DNA of 64,000 nt, taken from assembly GCF_006345805.1 (NCBI RefSeq), contig NC_043013.1:17856001-17920000 (forward strand). Direction: 5' to 3'. Shown here piece after piece: positions 52,080 through 63,050 of this stretch. A model generated the notes under the pieces. The model was not told the DNA's origin and made no database searches. It saw only the letters and a program-made list of their open reading frames with translations. This stretch comes from Octopus sinensis. Taxonomy: Eukaryota. The position numbers and the translations under genes are program-made. Every line of letters starts with the position of its first letter. Positions within the stretch are counted from its first letter, which is position 1.

Positions 52080-53663
52080 ACTCACTCCCTTTGGATATCA
52101 CATCTTGAATGTGCCACTAGATCAGGGGCAGGATACTAAGAAGGTGTCTTTGCTTGTGGTTGCATTAACATCTAAAAAAATTGTGAGACCATGGTACATG
52201 TATTCAAGACACTCACTCACCTGTGTTGTTGTTGTTGTTGTTGTTGATGATGTTACTGTTGTTTGTGCTGTTGTTCATTTATACTGTTGGTGATGCTGTT
52301 ATTGTTGTTGCTGTTGTTGCTACTGTTATTGATCTTATTGTTGTTCATGCTTATTGTTATTGTTGTGGTTACTACTATTGGTACTGTTGTTGTTGATGCT
52401 GTTCAAGTTGTTGTAATTGCTGTTTAGTCCAAACTCATCCCTGGCTGAAGCACCTTATGTTTAAAGGTGCCCAAGCCATGACTATCACACTTTTTTAAAA
52501 ATGTAGATCTATATTATATAATATTCATCATCATTTAACGTCCGCTTTCCATGCTAGCATGAGTTGGACGATTTGACTGAGGTCTGCCAAACCAGACTCC
52601 AGTCTGATCAGGCAGAGTTTCTACAGCTGGATGCCCTTCCTAACGCCAACCACTCTAAGAGTGTATTGGGTGCTTTTACGTACCAGTTTGGTGGTACTGG
52701 CAACGGCCACACCCAAATGGTGCTTTTTATGTGCCACCTGCACAGGAGTCAGTCCAGCAGCACTGGCGACGACCTCGCTTGAATGTTTCACGTGCCACCA
52801 GCACAAGTGCTAGTAAGGCAACGCGGTAACGATCACACTCGGATGGTGTGTTTAACGTGCCATCGGCACGAAGGCCAACTTGTTGCTCTGGCAACGATCT
52901 CACTCGTATGGTACTCTTAGCTCCACTAGCAACGTATGCCTCATTTAGGGTATGGTCATTTCATGATCATTTGACTGCTATTTCTAGCAGGTTGAGTGAT
53001 CATAAATGTTGTTGTGGTTTAGCTCAAAATCAGCCCTGATTGAGCAGACCTACAATCAAAGGTATTCCAGAAATGACCATCTCATCTTACTTCAAAGTAT
53101 TGCATACTTTGGTTCTGTTATGTCTATCCCTATTTTGTTAAGGTGGCAGTAGATTGTGATTTGGGGGAGATAGCTGCAATTTTTAGCTGGTCAAATGACC
53201 AGGTAGAGACTTGTACATTGGTGGTGGTTGTTGTTGGTGGTGGTGGTGGTGGTTATAGTTTTTAACCTTTTTTCCTCTTGAGGAATCAGAGTTCAGTTGC
53301 CACAGTTCCTTCTCCTCTTCCTTCTCTTTCTCCTTCTGCATTTATTTGTATGGACTGCACCCTGTTAAGGCCACTACACTCAGTACTGCACACTAATTAA
53401 GCACTTATTAATTATGTAACATCCCTGCAACACTTCCACCACCACCACCACCAGCAGTAAACTGCATTTCCCTCTCTCTCTCCTCTCTTCCCCTTTCTTC
53501 CACTTTTCTCTGTCTGTTATATATTTTAACACTAAAGGAAGTAGGAACGGTAAGATTTACTTCTGGTAAACAACTAACATCACAAGAATTTGGAATGTTG
53601 CAACCAAGAATAATCAGGTATAACCTCATTGTTCTTTCACTGGCAAGCCAATAGCAACATATA

Positions 53664-53723
<60 letters not shown>

Positions 53724-54439
53724 CACACACTCACACGCACATGCACACACATATCACATACTCACACGCACATGCACACACACACACACACATCACACAC
53801 TCACATGCACACACATACACTCATTCACACACACACACACACACACACATCACATACTCACACATACACACACACATAAATGAGTTAAGAGAAATAACAA
53901 AGGTCAGTAGCATGAATTTGGACAATGAAGGTGAATACAGGTATATTAAATACCTATCTTGCTTTGAGAGAGTAGTGATGCCACACCTGTTGGTCAGAAG
54001 GGTGACATCAAACTTGTTGGTCAGAAGGTGGTGACATCTTACCTGTTGGTTAGAGGGTGGAGCCAGTTGGTGATTGGAGGGAAATTGACTGCTATTTCTA
54101 GCTGACTACATCATCACATAAGAGGTATCTTCTGTTATTGTTGTTGTTGTTATAATTAGTATTGGGTATTGGTCGAGCAGTTTTATGAATTGTGTTACAT
54201 CCAAGACCATTCCATCTGTGTGTGTGTGTATTTCAAATTTAGGTACAATTTTTAGTGAAGGGGATAAATTGATTACATTGACGCCAGTGCTCAACTGGTA
54301 CCTATTTTATTGACCCCAAAATGATGAAAGGCAAAGTTGACAATGGTGTACTTTTGAACTCAGAATGTAAAAACAGACGAAATGCCACTAAGCATTTCAC
54401 CTGGTGTGCTAATAATTCTGCCAGTTCACTGCCCTTCTT

Positions 54440-54443
54440 CTTC

Positions 54444-54482
<39 letters not shown>

Positions 54483-54560
54483 TATTATCATTATTATTAT
54501 TATTATTATATAATAATAATAATAATAATAATAATATAATAATAATAATAATAATAATAA

Positions 54561-54591
<31 letters not shown>

Positions 54592-54706
54592 AAGAAGAAG
54601 AAGAAGGAGAAGAAGAAGAAGAAGAAGAAGAAGAAGAAGAAGAAGAAGAAGAAGAAGAAGAAGAAGAAGAAGAAGAAGAAGAAGAAGAAGAAGAAGAAGA
54701 AGAAGA
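54440..54706. repeat. Compound (TTA)n-(TAA)n-(GAA)n microsatellite
   Basis: Direct reading; the nearly pure GAA tract spans about 54562-54706. Confidence 0.95.
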
Positions 54707-55068
54707 ATTATAGATTTAACTTTTACAGAGAATTATAGATTTAAGGTTTCAAAATTTACTGGAGGTGATCTTTTGTCTGTCCAAACAGACGAAACTGTAG
54801 TGTTCTTGGAATAAAGAGGATGTTTACGTTTCCGAATACTCAGGGAGAAAGGAAAGGATAGGTATTCACAGAAGTTGTAGTTATTAAAGGTTTTAAAGTT
54901 GATTGTTTATGTGTTCAAAAACTGTAGGTATGTATGTAAGTTTCTTAACTTAATTTTGAGGGAAATTCAAAATACTCACACTCTGGAAACCAGGGAGTTT
55001 TGATCATCATGTTTAAACAATCCATATTCAGATACTTTTTAGGATGGGCTACACTGCTCTTTTACTTG

Positions 55069-55131
<63 letters not shown>

Positions 55132-55380
55132 GTAATAATAATAATAATGGTTTCAAATTTTGGCACAAGGTCAGCAATTTTTTTTTTGGTGGGGGGTAAG
55201 TTGATTACATTAACCCCAGTGCTCAACCAGTACTTGTTTTTTTGACCTTGAAAGAGTGAAAGGGAAAATCGACCTTGGCACAATTTGAACTTAGAATGTT
55301 AAGAAGGATGAAGTGCCACTAAGAATTTTGCCCAGTGTGCTAACAATTCAAGCAGTTCACCACCTTAATAATAATAATAA

Positions 55381-56035
55381 CTAGCAGTTAAGCCCGGTTT
55401 CACCCAGTCTATGGAGGGGGAAAAGCCTCATTTTTAAGGGTAAAACCCTAGGTGATTATCTCCTGCCATTCTCCATGGATCTTCAGCTGCGCTGCCATCT
55501 TGCAGTCACCAATCACCACGAAGGTAAACTATTGTCTCCCATTGACCTTGGCTACTGGTTTCCGGCTGTGGTGCAGCCATGCAGATTCCAAAGGGCCAGC
55601 AGGAATTTTCTAAAATGCACTCCGTCCCAGAGTTCAATATTCCCTCTTGTACGAGCGAGTCTTTAAGGATCCACGTGCATTCGCTAATGCATAACTTGCA
55701 CCCTTTCATCCCATTTATGTAGGGGCCTAGGTTCTCGAGTACTTTCCATGCAATCTTGGTAACAGCAAGATGGCAGTGTGACTGAAGATTGATGGACAAT
55801 GGCAAAGGGAGATAATCACATTAAAACCAAGGCTTTTCTCCCTCCATATTTTAAAGCGGTCTCAGGCCAGCAGTGTTTGGGGTCCGAAGATATGCTGCCA
55901 AGCTAAACCTCTTATGACTGAGAAACCCAGGGTAACCCCATAAACCGTCCTACCTCACTATAATATTAACTGCTCTACATCTTAGAGTTTGCCTCTCCTC
56001 TGGATTTATGGACAAACGATCCTATCCTATATATA
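55381..56035 (-). mobile_element. Helitron-like element carrying a Penelope GIY-YIG fragment between internal inverted repeats
   Basis: The minus-strand 3' end reads CTGGGTGAAACCGGGCTTAACTGCTAG|T. Inverted repeats lie at 55410-55512 and 55756-55848. The enclosed frame reads IAWKVLENLGPYINGMKGCKLCISECTWIL..ILNSGTE. Confidence 0.6.
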
Positions 56036-56116
56036 CATACATACATATATATATATATATAGAGATAGATAGATAGATAGATAGATAGATATAGATATGG
56101 ATATAAATATATACAG

Positions 56117-56480
56117 CCGTAGGAGTGGCTGTGTGGTAAGTAGGTTGCTTACCAACCACATGGTTCCGGGTTCAGTCCCACTGCGTGGCACCTTGGGCAG
56201 ATGTCTTCTACTATAGCCTCGGGCTGACCAAAGCCTTGTAAGTGGATTTGGTAGATAGAAACTGAAAGAAGCCCGTCATATATATGTATGTGTGTGTGTG
56301 TCCCAACATTGCTTGACAACCGATGGTGGTATGTTTACATCCCCGTAACTTAGAGGTTCGGCAAAAGAGACTGATAGAATAAGTACTAGGCTTACAAAGA
56401 ATAAGTCCTGGGGTTGACTTGCTTGACTAAAGGCAGAGCTTCAACATGGCCACAGTCAAATGACTGAAGCAAATAAAAGA
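56117..56480 (+). mobile_element. Full-length SINE family B
   Basis: tRNA-like head GTAGGAGTGGCTGTGTGGTAAG..GGGTTCAGTCCC, central (TG)n, and 3' end ATGACTGAAGCAAATAAAAGA. Several copies in the window. Confidence 0.88.
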
Positions 56481-56496
56481 GTATATATATGTAGTA

Positions 56497-56850
56497 ATCG
56501 TTCAGTTTGCTTAGATTAAAAAGTAAATAAAAATTAAGGGGGAGATAAGTAGTAAAAGAAGCAAAGGGACGAATCAATCTTAGAGGAATCTAGGACTTTC
56601 ATTCAATTAGGAAAAGCTGGAGACAATATTCTTCAGTGGTTGACACGGAGTCGGGTAATTATGAATATGTGCACCTGTGAAAATTGTAATCACCATGTGG
56701 TCTTACTACATGCGGTGACGTTACTGATGGGAAATTATGGCACTGCAAGAGTTGTAAAAGGAGGAACGCCAGCGTTTATGGTGTAAAACGTTGACTTATC
56801 TCCCCCTTAAATTTTTAATTTAATTTTTAAATCTAACCAAACTGAACAAT
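56497..56850 (+). mobile_element. Merlin/IS1595-like deletion derivative (MITE)
   Basis: TIRs of about 55 bp (GTTCAGTTTGCTTAGATT..TAAGGGGGAGATAAGT / ACTTATCTCCCCCTTA..AATCTAACCAAACTGAAC). The interior reads ILQWL..CENC then, frameshifted, DVTDGKLWHCKSCKRR. Confidence 0.65.
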
Positions 56851-57397
56851 ATATATCTATTGTCTGCAACACCGTCAAGTGTAGTTATTAAGTATGGTAC
56901 AGTGTGATCTGAGGGAGATTTGGTTGCTATTTCTAGCAAGTCGATGTGTTTGATTGGCAGAATGGTTAGAGCGTCGGACAAAATAGTTTGCGACATTAGT
57001 TACGATCCTTTAAATTCTGAGTTTGAATCGTGTCGTGGGTTAAGAAATTTGCTTTTCATCCTTCTTAAGTCACAACCAAAATAAAGAGCTTATGAAGTTC
57101 GAAGGAGAGATTTAATATTCCTATAATGCATCTAAATGGGACTAGGATTATCTGAAGAAGGAAGTTTTATATTCCGAAATATTCTATCAGACTATGAATG
57201 ATTAAATTACAACAGTTATTATAGTCCATTGTTGTGCTATTGAAAACACATCATTATTATTATTATTATCTATTATTTTTTACAAACAATACACAATGCT
57301 TCCAACGAACTACAATGCTCTCCTAATAGAAAATAATTATTAATCATAGAAAAGTTGGTCGCGGCTGCCTCCGTCTTTGGTTGCGGAGTTTTCGAAA

Positions 57398-57430
57398 ACC
57401 ACTTCCGGTGTAGCAGCAAACATGGCGGAG
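57398..57430 (+). promoter_or_regulatory. Putative COA3 proximal promoter/5'UTR motifs: ETS/GABP-like ACTTCCGG and YY1-like ACATGGCGG over the start codon
   Basis: Sequence CCACTTCCGGTGTAGCAGCAAACATGGCGG. Motif match only, no TSS data. Confidence 0.45.
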
Positions 57431-57608
57431 AACAAACAAATGCCGAAGGTCGACATGCAGAAGGAATTCGCTAGTTTAAGCGAGTCGCAGAAATATTTCG
57501 TTCGTAAATTGGAGTCTATAAACAAAGAAAGAGCCCAGAGTATCAAAAGTCTAAAACGACGCAACTTGATGACAGGGTTTCTCATTGGTGGCTGTGTTCT
57601 TGCAATTT
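57422..57608 (+). CDS. COA3: First coding exon of cytochrome c oxidase assembly factor 3 (COA3/CCDC56); the rest of the gene is presumably beyond the window
   Basis: ATG in AAACATGGCGG context. Translation MAENKQMPKVDMQKEFASLSESQKYFVRKLESINKERAQSIKSLKRRNLMTGFLIGGCVLAI resembles the COA3 motif R-N-x-x-T-G-x-x-I-G-x-x-V-L-A-I-Y (human RTRNIVTGLGIGALVLAIY, recalled). The exon ends in phase 1 inside the expected Tyr codon. It lies in a non-repetitive, CpG-richer island. Confidence 0.88.
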
Positions 57609-57617
57609 GTATCCTTC
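57609..57617 (+). other. U12-type (minor spliceosome) 5' splice site, GT subtype
   Basis: GTATCCTTC directly follows ...GCA ATT T and matches the U12 donor consensus RTATCCTT. COA3 similarity stops at exactly this point. Confidence 0.85.
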
Positions 57618-59287
57618 ACGCGAAACTGGAACTTCTGTAAATTCTCTTTGCTAACCAAATGTTGTTATATAATAATAATAATATAAAATTAACAACACAG
57701 AAATCATTAACTATTACGTAGCTTTAAAATGATTCTAGATTTAGATAATATAATCTTGTCTTTCTTTTAAGGGCAGCGGTGATGTCAAAAGAAATTAAAT
57801 GTTTACATGTAAATTTCTATTTTTGAACAAGACAAAGAACTTGTCTAAGGGTTTATTCTTATTTAAGTAATAATAAACACATATTTAGAAATTAGAGGGA
57901 GAAAGAGAAATGTACTGTAGCTTGTTTTATTTAAACTATCTACCGATTTTACACTTAGCACCCTGATAGAGTCATAATTATTAAATGCACATGCATTGTA
58001 TTATTTACTTTGTAATTGTTTTGCAATATTACTGTTATTTGGGACCTCATCACTGGTTCTCCACCGTGTCTCTTTTTCTTAGTTCATACTCTTCAATAAA
58101 AATTTTATCGATATTCGATCTGCAGTTGTTGAGACGATGATTGTCATAACTTGGGCATATACAAATTAAAAGCAAAATGTGTGTGAGAATTCCAAGTCAA
58201 CTCATATCTCACGGATATATAATTAAAGCCCCTCTTTTTGTTGGGGATTATCTAGGACAACATTATGTAATATGTTCTTTTCTTATTTAATATGGTAGGG
58301 CGTAATTTTAGGTCAGTGTGGTTGCTATTTCTAGGTGGCCGATCACACCGGCTCTGTTTCAAATCTAGATCGTACTGGTGAAATTATTTTATAAAATACT
58401 TCTGATTTTTATGGCTAACTCCAATAACATTTTGATTACTATAGTTTATTTTCTATAATACTAATGAGAAAGACGAATTAAATATCATCATCGTTTAACG
58501 TCCGCTTTCCATGCTGGCATTGTTGGACGGTTTAAGTGAGGACTGGCGAGCCAGATGGCTGCACCAGGCTCCAATCTGATCTGGCAGAGTTTCTACAGCT
58601 GGATGTCCTTCCTAACGTCAACCACTCCAAGAGTGTAGTGAGTGCTTTTACGTGCTACAAGCACGAGGGCCATTCAAGCAGTACTGGCAACGGCCACACT
58701 CAAAAGGTATTTTTTATGTGCCACCTGCACAGGAGCCAGTCCAGTGGCACTGGCAACGACCTCGCTCGAATGTTGTCTTTCACGTGCTGGTAACAATCAT
58801 ACTCGAATGGTGCTTTTTACGTGCCACTGGCACGAGATCCAGTCAGCGACCCTGGCAACAATCATGCTGGGATGGTGCTCTTAGCACTCCACTAGCATGG
58901 AGTCCTCAGTCAAATCGTCCAACCCATGCTAGCATGGAAAGCGGACGTTAAATGATGATGATGACATATATATAATGTGGCTCCAGCCACATTATTGCGT
59001 TGCCTGTATTGCTGAGAGCATAATAGACGCAAAAGCATTAACTTTCTGACTGGCCATAATCAATGACTACATTAAAGATGTTTATATAATGTATGTGTTT
59101 AAACACACAGGTTGTCAAAAATTCCATCGATTGTGTAAAATTAACGGTTTTTGTTCAGTTTATCGCTTGATTACACTACTTTGTGCAAGAATTACTGTAT
59201 TTAGATATTCTGTAAATGTACTGACAGTGTAGGGTTTCAGTCTAAGGTAGACAATTCGTATGTGTAAAACGATCTTGACTAGACTTC

Positions 59288-59330
59288 ACTATGCTGATGA
59301 GCTTCAGTAAGGTGAAAATACATCCATAGT
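59288..59330 (+). ncRNA. Minimal hammerhead-like motif, stem III imperfect
   Basis: ACTATG-CTGATGA-GCTTCAGTAAGGT-GAAA-ATAC-ATC-CATAGT; stem I is a perfect 6 bp. Confidence 0.55.
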
Positions 59331-59449
59331 TGTTTCCCTGTACGAGACTCATCAGGTTCCTTTAGGCATGTTAATTCTGTGCAGTTGTAATTTGTGGAAA
59401 TTATCTCCCTTTCTTTTCAAATTTCCCAACAACTGGCTGTTGTTTTCAT

Positions 59450-60442
59450 TCTCTAATTCAAAGCCACAGTTATGCACAGCAACTATTGAAACCAAGGACT
59501 TGTGTACTGAAACGTTGTCCTGATGAAATAAGACCCCTTTTCTCAGTTTTCCTGTGCATTTGGTCTTGATAGCCTTTTGTGATTGCCTCAGCAAGGTGGC
59601 ATAGTACTCTCCGTTGGTGGAATGGCCCTTTTGAAGATACCCAATACGCACAGTGTTTTATGCATCTTAAAAAACTGATTCCATCACCTTCCATGCAGAT
59701 GAAACGACCTTGGCCTTCTTTGGAGCAGGTGAGAAGGGGTGTATTCACTGCATGGATTATCTCATTGTCTCTGGCTTAAAGTGACGAAGCCAACACTCAT
59801 CCTGGGTTAGGAAATGTTCAAGGAAACCAGCTGGATCTGCCTTGAACAATGTCAGATTTTCCTGAGATGTAATCGGCCTGGTGTGCTTTTGATCAGGTGT
59901 TAAAAGATGTGGCACCCACCAAGCAGAAACCTTCATCATGCCAAGTTCGTTGTGCTGAATATTCTCAACACTTTCACAGAATATGCTAAATGCATTGGCT
60001 ATTTGATTTATAGTCTCTTGTCTTTCATCTATCACCATGTGGTGAACACAGTCAATATTTTCCTTGGTGGTGGGAGTTACAGGATATCCAGACCTTGGGT
60101 TGTCTTTTAGACTCTCCCTTCCATTCCCCTCCCAAATTCAGACTTTTGCACTGTTGATAAAGCTAGAGTGTCATCCCCTAATGTAGCAACCATGTCTGCA
60201 AGAATGTTGTTGGGGCTAAACTCTTTTTGTGTGGGTACTTGATAATACCAAATTTTGTTGATTTCCAAGAGAAGTCACTTCTAGTTAGTTTTGAAAGCTT
60301 TGAACAGTCAATTGTCAGCTTAGCTGGAAGGAAACAATGAAGTTATTAAGAGGAAGAGTTTGGAATTAATGCATGCAAGATTTCATAGCTCTAGCATCAC
60401 TCATTCATATTCAGCCTATGAACTTTTCAGCCCACCATTGTA
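59450..60442 (-). mobile_element. Mariner element, decayed, 3' end missing
   Basis: KVSAWWVPHLLTPDQK; LTQDECWLRHFKPET; GYLQKGHSTNGEYYATLL; GVLFHQDN. Terminus TACAATGGTGGGCTGAAAAGTTCATAGG on the minus strand. Confidence 0.88.
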
Positions 60443-61530
60443 ATCAATTGTTTAATTAATCATTCAGTTAATCAGTCCAGAAGATGTGTTTGCCTAAGTC
60501 CTTTTGTTGCCATTTGTGACTTCTTCAGTGACTTGTCTTCTCATCTCCAGATCAACTTCAGGTCATAGTGACCCTCCTGAGACAAAACTTCAGTCTTTAC
60601 TTTTAACCTTCCAGTGTCACTTGTCATTTTTCTTCTCTCCTTGCAAAATGTGACAAGTTGTTTTTCTTTTCTCTCACATAACTGGTGTAAAGGCCATTTC
60701 TTGCCCTTTCCCTGTCAGAGCACTACAATTACTGTAGTTAAAATTACAATATTTGCTCCTTCAGTTCCAGAATACTTCTCATAATGCTCATCAAAGGGAC
60801 CATTGGATGTTGAGGAGGATTTAGCTTCTAATAATTTCAGGTTGAACAACTGTGCAGATATTCCGTCATTGGCTTGTTCAGTCACACCCCAGCCATATGT
60901 ACAACTCTATCCTAACAGCATCACTTCTCAACCAATTCTAGACTACAGATATCCTAGGGAGTTAAGAAGCTTTGAAGGGAGCAATGAGCAGTACACTAAC
61001 TTTAAATTACTACTACTACCTATACTACATAAGGGTATAAAGATTTGGGTTTCAAAAAACATTGGAAAATACTAATTTAGACGAACATTCAGGTACATTT
61101 TCAATATCTCACAACACTACCAGTCATCCACCTACAAAACATATCTCTCACTCCATTAAGACACTGTATTACACCCCAGAACACCATTACAAAACTTCTA
61201 AATATGCTATCTTTCTCATTAATTCCAGACAACCACAAAAAGCTCATACAAAATAGCATTTGTGTCAATAACCTTATCACACCCAAACATTGCTAGGGTA
61301 CATGCCACAAGAATAATAAATGCAGAAGTACAGCTATCATACTCTGAATGAATCCATGTTGCCTGTATCTGTTGTGGCTAACAGCCAAATCAACAGATAT
61401 ACAAAAGTAGAGAATACAGTGGAGATAGCAACATACCTTGACTGCCACACTGCACATACCAGGAAAGTCCAGTATGGTCCATAATTTAGCAGAGATATTG
61501 TATATCAAGAAGACTAGATCTGTAGATTAA

Positions 61531-62602
61531 CCCTTTCATTACCAAACCGCCCAAAGCTGCCCGAAAAAAATTTTGGTTAATGTGATCAAACTGCCCAAAC
61601 CCGCCCGTATTTACCTATTCATATTAAATGAGAATATCAGAGCAAATCTCTTTAGTACATTTGTGAAAACACATATTATACTTCGTAAACAGTTCAACTA
61701 CAGTTTTGTACAACAATCGAAGTGTAATTTTAATTCCGAGATTTTTTTCCGAAATTTGTTCCTATTGTGTTTTCAAAATTTGTAATTCTGACAAAAAATG
61801 GATACGAATTTCATTATATCAAGCAGCGATTCAGAATTGGAAGGATTTTCTACTGAAGACCTTCATAAATCTAACTCTATGACTGAAAAAAAAAAGCACG
61901 TGGTATTTGATAATGAATCTGATGTTTCATTTTCCGAAAGTGAAAACAGTGAATCCGAGAGCTCCGACAGCGATAAAGAAAATGAATTGGCTCCTGAATG
62001 GAGTGAAAATTTAGAAACTGTTTCTTTCGGTGATTTTTCTGAAGAAACTGGACCAAGCCACAGACTTTCCCAGGAGAGTAAAGCCTTAGACTATTTCTTT
62101 TTACTTTTTCGAATGAGCCTATTTGAAATCATTATGGCGGAAATGAACCGTTACGCTAAATGTAAACAAAGCGAAAGAAAGGATAGTTAGTGGTTTCCTG
62201 CAACCTTAAATGAAATTAAGGCCTATTTTGCCATAAATATTATGGGTATCAGAAAGTTACCCAGAATAACAAATTCTATCGTAAAATTTTGTTGTATACC
62301 CAATTGAATATTAGCTAATAACACATTTTCTATAGCGATGTTTGAACAAAATTTTAATAATTTTATATTTTGTTGAATTTACCTGTATCTACCTGCAATT
62401 AGAGTCACTTTGTGACAAAAATTACAGTATAGAATTGGTTGAGAACATTTCATTAAATTATCTTCCAAAAATCCCATTAATATATTGATAAATAAAAAAG
62501 TTATAGTTGTTTAATGAAACCAAACTAAATTTATGATTATGTTAGAAATTAATTGAAACACATAAGGGGTGTATTTTGGTCAGAAATATAGTAATGAAAG
62601 GG
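61531..62602 (+). mobile_element. piggyBac internal-deletion derivative (1072 bp) with a truncated transposase N-terminus (ORF 61798-62190)
   Basis: TTAA TSDs and perfect 12-bp TIRs CCCTTTCATTAC/GTAATGAAAGGG. Acidic N-terminus, then ALDYFFLLF..EMNRYA, and past the stop WFPATLNEIKAYFAINIMGIRKLP. Confidence 0.92.
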
Positions 62603-62639
62603 TTAATGTTGCCATCAACAGACCAGCTAACTACCATAG

Positions 62640-63050
62640 ATCTACTTAGCCAAGATTACAAGCAATAATAATATTGCTGGTGTTTTCACTCAAATAAACA
62701 GAAGCAAGCAGCTGAAATGGGGTTTCTTTGAGGGGTCTCTGGAGTAACATTATTTGACAGGATGCATAGCTTGGAGATTAGGGAGCCTCTCTGGGTCAAG
62801 CCACTCCATATTGAGAGGTCATGGTTGTGGTACTTTGGACATGTGATTAGAATGTCCCAGGAAAGAATTGCAAGATGGATTCTTCAAGCCAACTGGCAGA
62901 AGACCTAGGTGTAGGTTAAGGACAAGATGATTGGATAGTCTCAGTTGGTTGCACTTGGGAATCCAGCCAGAAAATCTTATGATGGTTGTTTCTGATAGGA
63001 CCCTATGGAGGAGGAACTCAAGAACTCTCCACAACTTTCCTAGGAGAAGA
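62640..63050 (+). mobile_element. Old RTE LINE C-terminal fragment
   Basis: QAAEMGFL*GVSGVTLFDRM..LWYFGHVIRMSQERIAR..PTGRRPR. Confidence 0.75.

Noticed and set aside
54750-54802. GTCTGT-CCAA-ACAGAC hairpin followed by GAAAC
   Set aside because: No CTGANGA box adjacent to the stem, so it cannot be called a hammerhead.
57146-57194. Hammerhead-like CTGAAGA-A-GGAA..TTCC-GAAAT..ATC upstream of COA3
   Set aside because: There is an extra base before stem II and no convincing stem I pairing.
57377-57421. N-terminal extension of the ORF-track 87-aa protein, and the antisense ORF 57340-57585
   Set aside because: The extension starts at a TTG, while the ATG at 57422 has a strong context and fits COA3 length. 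The antisense ORF is a shadow of the exon.
59078-59232. Candidate COA3 exon 2 (AG|AT GTT TAT ATA ATG TAT, giving YVYIMYVFKH)
   Set aside because: No U12 branch point upstream and no Q-E..F-L-D motif; the resemblance is explained by TA-rich sequence.
60720-60907. Minus-strand open frame SCTYGWGVTEQANDGISAQL, vaguely like a trypsin GWG motif
   Set aside because: No catalytic motifs or conserved cysteines, and no clear splice donor.
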